From: the human T2T-CHM13v2.0 reference genome, Homo sapiens | DNA length: 64,000 nucleotides | Direction: 5' to 3' (one strand) | NCBI RefSeq assembly: GCF_009914755.1 | Contig: NC_060932.1 | Part shown: one piece after another, positions 56,586 to 64,000 of the stretch | Layout of the letters: each line of letters starts with the position of its first letter | How positions within the stretch are numbered: the first letter of the stretch is position 1 | Position numbers and translations under genes: made by a program | The notes under the pieces: generated by a model | Seen by the model: the letters and a program-made list of their open reading frames with translations, nothing else | Database searches by the model: none | What the model was told of the DNA's origin: nothing

Positions 56586-57772
56586 TGCAATGCAGAGTGC
56601 TCACAATAACAGGAATTTTTTCCACACTGCACATATGATATTGGGCTGCTAATTGCGCTTCTAAATATAGAGCAAATAAATTGTGTAAAATAAGCCATGT
56701 GAGAAAATGAATATTTCTTGGAGAATGTGAACTTTGCATTCATTTAGCTTCTAGGTCCCAATTTAGGATCTGAGGGCTGCATTAATGTAGGTTTTTGTGA
56801 TTAATTATTTATGGGGCATTGAAATGATGTGCACCGAAAAGCAGATCCGGCTTTAAGTAGCTTCAATATATCTGAAGACATTACTAGACACAATTCAAAA
56901 AATCTACACACAGATTATTACAGGTTTGCTGAAATTATATTAATTATACTTGCTATAACACAACATAGGGAAAAACACTATTTGAAGGACTTTGTAAATG
57001 ATTAAAGGGGCAGCTGTTTCAAGATCCAGGTGCTAAGGTGGAAATAGAAATTTACATCCAATTTTTTATTTCAAGGATTCTGTTAATCATGATATTATGG
57101 GCCTGATTTTCCTACTGACTACACAATCCAGATTTTATTTATCTCAAGGGTTGATGACATTTGTTCTAACATTCACATTATTTTCATAGACAGAGGACAT
57201 TTTTGTACTCTCATGATAAAAAAAGAAATTAAAAGCAAAATATACAGAAACATTTGAATTTATCTCAGACAATAGGGAGAAATTTATATAGAGACAAAAA
57301 AAGAAGAGAATAAATTTCAAAGAGTCTTCAAATGAATTCTGAATTGTAGCATGTATGTTGTGTATACAAATATGTAATATATATGCATGCACTCCCAACA
57401 CCCCCCCCCGACACACACACATGTACACACACATTTCCCTGTAACAGAGATCTGATTGATTTACAAATGGAAGACTGGAATCTTTCCCTCTTGGACCTTC
57501 CTTACAACTATAGCAGCCTTTGAGGCACTTATTGGACTTCAGTCTTTTTCAACGTGGAGATAATTAAGCTTTTATGCCCTAAGTTATACATTGTATGTTA
57601 GAATTAACTTCTCTCCTATGCATTTAGTATAGCAGCAATTATGTATCATTCTTAGAGAATTAAGAAAGTAGTCACTAAGTTCATTTTATGTGTTCCGCAG
57701 TTGAGATGAGAAAATCTATATGGCTACCAGTAATTTGAAAACCACTGATATAAGAGATGGTTATACCATTAC

Positions 57773-57975
57773 ACAGAATAGATTTGTCAAATAGACTACA
57801 AAATTTCTGCCCTTTCCCCTTTACGTTCCCATAACAGACATTGTTAATCAATCATGGGACTCTGCTCCTGTGTCTGGATGATATCTTTGAATTCTCCTGA
57901 ACACTGTGCTCTAGGCAGCCATTACCAATCAATCAGAATCAAGAATGCAAGATGAAGTCAAATTGCCATTCTGAT
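57773..57975. mobile_element. Ancient hAT-Tip100-like MITE (MamTip2-like)
   Basis: AGGCAGCCATTACCAATCAATCAGA...TGCAAGATGAA...TTGCCATTCTG resembles a recalled consensus; the family name is uncertain. Confidence 0.4.
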
Positions 57976-58914
57976 GTGGAAGATTAGGGTGATTGAAAAA
58001 AGTGGATGAAGAAAAAAGGTAATATAATCAAACCAATCTTCTGATGAATTGCCTACCTTTCCTATTGAAAGGTTTTAACTAGGAACAAATATATTTGCAT
58101 ACCATGAAAGATATTTTAAGCTATTACATATTATCTTTAAAAGCATTAATTCTTTAGGTTATTCAAGATATTATTATCCTGTATTTATTGAGAATAGTCA
58201 TGTAATTTGACATATAGATGGGCAGAAAGGAAAAAAAGGAATCAAAGTTGTGTACCTATTAATAAGGAGAATGACTTCATGGCTATTAAGAGAAAATTAA
58301 ACATTTATAAAGTATGAAAAGGATAACCCTTGAAAAAGAGAGACCAAATTGAAACATGCCCTATGAAGTGGCTGATTCTTTTATTGTTTGCAGACAGTAT
58401 GGACCCCAAGGTCTCCTAAACAGGTACAGTAACAGCTCAATAAAGACCTTACAGATAGAAAAAAACAGTTGTGTCCTTTGCCCCAAAACCTCTTTCCATT
58501 GCAGATGGAGCCATATCTTACTGATACTCCTGCAGATTCATTCCCATCCAGACTCTGGGGATATATAGACCACTAGCTGGGATGCTTATCTCTCCAACAC
58601 CAATGAACCCTGTCTGTCCTCTCTTATTCTACACATGCTTCCTATTGTAATGTCCAGACTTCTTCCCCTATTCCTTTCTTCTAAGCCAGTTCCAATTGTT
58701 CTTTCCCTATGTCTGAATTCCTGTTGAAATTCTTTTATTCTGAGCCCCAATTTGTTTTATTTGTTTGTTTTTAGGACTTGGGAGTAGTATCTTGACACTT
58801 GGATTCCACCCAAGCTCAAATCTCAGACCCTTATACAGTCCTTGTCACATATTGTCACACCTGAAACTAATGACTCTCTTGTTGGGACCAGTGATGACAA
58901 CAGAGATGATTAGT

Positions 58915-59393
<479 letters not shown>

Positions 59394-59932
59394 TAAGTCT
59401 TCTTACCTTTTCTAACGTAACACATAGAAAGTCTTTGCCTGCTCTTCCCCCCTCTAGTAGATCTATTATTATTCATTCATGTATCTATTCATTCAACAAA
59501 TATTTATAAGCAACCATCAGGCAGGATGTTAGACACTGGGAATACAACAAAGACATATAAAATAGTTCTTGACCCTACAGACCCCCAGGAATGCCCCAAA
59601 TCTCCAATAACAAGGGTCTGTAGACTTTCCACTTATTCCAAATAAGGATAAACTTATTATAAAAGACTTCTTCAAAAGAAACTGTGAAGTCTCGTGTGTG
59701 TTTTAGGAATACTATTGTCAGTGAGGAGGATATATTAGATTGTGCATATGAAGGAGTAAAAGATAATTAATAAATTCATAAATAATCTAACAAGCAACAA
59801 TGGACCCAATCTGGGTGATACTAGGAATAAACAAAAAGGAAGATGAGCCACATTTAGGTTGAATGGCCAGGATTTGCTGAGTGACTGAATGTAAGGACTG
59901 AAGGAGAGAGAAGCATCAAAAATGGTTCTAAG

Positions 59933-60211
59933 GTGGGTAAAAAATATAGAAAAAATGAATAATATCCACTATTTGATATCACAACAGGGTTACTACAGTC
60001 AATAATAACTTTTGTACGTTTAAAAATACCTAGAAGAGTATAATTGGATTGTTTATATCCTTTGTAACATAAAGGATAAATGCTTGAGGGGATGGATACC
60101 CCTTTCTCCATAATGAGATTATTACACATCGCATGCCTATATCAAAACATCTCATGTACCCTATAAATATATAACCTACTATATACCCACAAAAATTAAA
60201 AATAAAAAAAC
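59933..60211 (+). mobile_element. L1MA1/2-like 3' UTR fragment with TSD
   Basis: ACTACAGTCAATAATAAC...GAGGGGATGGATACCCC...CCCACAAAAATTAAAAATAAAAAAA. AAATGGTTCT is repeated at 59920-59929 and 60214-60223. Confidence 0.9.
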
Positions 60212-60591
60212 TTAAATGGTTCTGAAGTCTCTAGACTATGATTCTGGATGGCAAATAACACAAATGGCAGAGAATGGATATTTAAAAAAATAGAAACAAG
60301 TTTGTGGGAGAATATAGAGCTGAGTTTTGAACTTGTATTTGAGGCACACATAGGGAACCAGGTACATTTCTAGTAAGTACTTGGAAATTACAGTTGGGAG
60401 CTTATGAATAAGGTAAGAGTTCAATATAGATATTTGATAATCATCTGTTGAGTGATGTCTGAAGTCATGGGAATAAATGTGATGGTTGAAGGGGGAAAAG
60501 TTGAAAAAGAAGAAAAAAGTCCAAAAGTGAACATGAAAGTTAAACTTGCAATTAAAATGCAAGTGAGAGAAGTGGAACTCACAAAAGAGAT

Positions 60592-61105
60592 TGTTGTACA
60601 CTGCAAAAAATATCCACAATCCCTTCTTCACTCTTCCCTATAGCTTTGCCCATGCAGTGTGGCTTTTAAGTTTTCCTGTCAAGAGGTAGAGTCTATTTTC
60701 CCTCATCTTGAATCTTGATTGCCTTTTAGACTGGCTTTGTCAACAGAATTCAGCAGAAGTGATTATTTGACTTGCATGATTCCACATTCTTATTTAGAAC
60801 TTTGAGCAGTTGCCAAGTATACAAGCCCAGGCTGTCCTGTGCAAGTGCAAGCTAGAGGATACGAGGCCTTCTGGAGCAGAAGCAAGCCAGCCCAGTAGAG
60901 GACATTCTAGGCCAACCATCCCCCAGTTAAGCCAGCAGCTAACCACAGAGACATGAGTGAGCCCAGCTGGGACCAGAACTGCTGAGCCAAGCACAGCCCA
61001 AATTACTGACTTGTGGAATTGTAAACTAAATAAATGGTCGTTGTTTTCAGCTATTAACTTTTAGGAGAGCTTGTCATGCGGTAAAAAGTAAAGGTAATTG
61101 ATACA
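60592..61105 (+). mobile_element. MaLR solo LTR (MLT1F/G/H-like)
   Basis: TG...CA ends; CAAGAGGTAGAGTCTATTTTCCC, CATGAGTGAGCCCAGC and AATAAATGGTCGTTGTTTT. Flanks GAGAT/GAAAT are a possible 5-bp TSD. Confidence 0.8.
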
Positions 61106-61798
61106 GAAATTGAGATAGAGAAGGAGGAGAGCCAGCATAAGCTAGCATCAAGATGTAAGGAGGGAAAGAAATACAAAGAGAAGAGAGTGGTTGACAATGT
61201 GAACTATTCCAAACACACCAGACATAACTAACAATCTATTGCATTTGGCAATGAGCAGGACTCTGCTAACCTGAAAGTGCAGTTTCAAGTAATGAGGTGG
61301 GTGGGGAAGACCAATAGCAGAAGAAATAGAGATGGAGAGTAAAGGCTTCATGTTCAATGTAATTAAGAAAAAGTTCCCTTCCCTGGGAGAGGAGATTAGA
61401 GGCAAGAACACTATGATCCTTAGTGTCTTCAGCGATAAAATAAGGAGGTTGTTCTTGATGGTTGTGGAAAATTCTTCCTTTACTTGTACTCTATTGTTAG
61501 TGGGAGGCAGAAGAACTTGACACTCATACACACAGGTTTGAAATAAGACAGGTGTGGCTGTTATTACAAACTCCTTCCCCTAATTTGTGTGTTTTTTTAT
61601 TTAAGGTTACATAGACAAAGTCTAAATTTTCTGATGTTAGATAATAACATTATTGATAACACTAATAATTATATCCACCCACTAGCATAACATATTACAT
61701 TAAATTAAATGCTATAATGAGCTAGTGCAGTGCCTGGCATATTTTCATTGTTAATAGCATCATCATCATCATCATTGCTCCTAAAACTTGTATAAGTA

Positions 61799-64000
<2,202 letters not shown>

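Larger units (their letters stand above)
59470..61400 (-). mobile_element. L2 LINE remnant hosting L1MA and MLT1 insertions
   Basis: ATTCATTCAACAAATATTTAT is the antisense L2 3' terminus. CAGGATTTGCTGAGTGACTGAATGT and ATTGCATTTGGCAATG follow further along. Confidence 0.7.

Overview
This window is AT-rich, non-coding primate (human-like) genomic DNA from a large intron or gene desert. It is not microbial. I find no credible intact protein-coding gene, RNA gene or CRISPR array. The supplied ORFs are chance ORFs or decayed LINE-1 ORF2, Alu or transposase fragments. The left part (about 7.6-28 kb) is poor in transposons and holds several motif-dense, CpG-retaining blocks that look like conserved developmental enhancers (inference). 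The right part (about 29-64 kb) is dense with old transposons. These include a near full-length L1MA carrying a nested L1PA 3' end and a Ricksha (MULE-MuDR) DNA transposon, further L1MA/L1PA copies, four Alus, L2, MIR and MaLR/ERVL LTRs. The most striking signals seen directly are four mutational scars: a perfect 51-bp-arm hairpin inside an L1 3' UTR (38489-38596), a 113-bp near-identical duplication of unique sequence 1.6 kb apart (22973/24575), an L1 insertion-associated deletion, and loss of an L1 G-rich tract. I see no convincing evidence of a new biological system. Repeat subfamily names come from recall of consensus sequences, and old-repeat boundaries are approximate.
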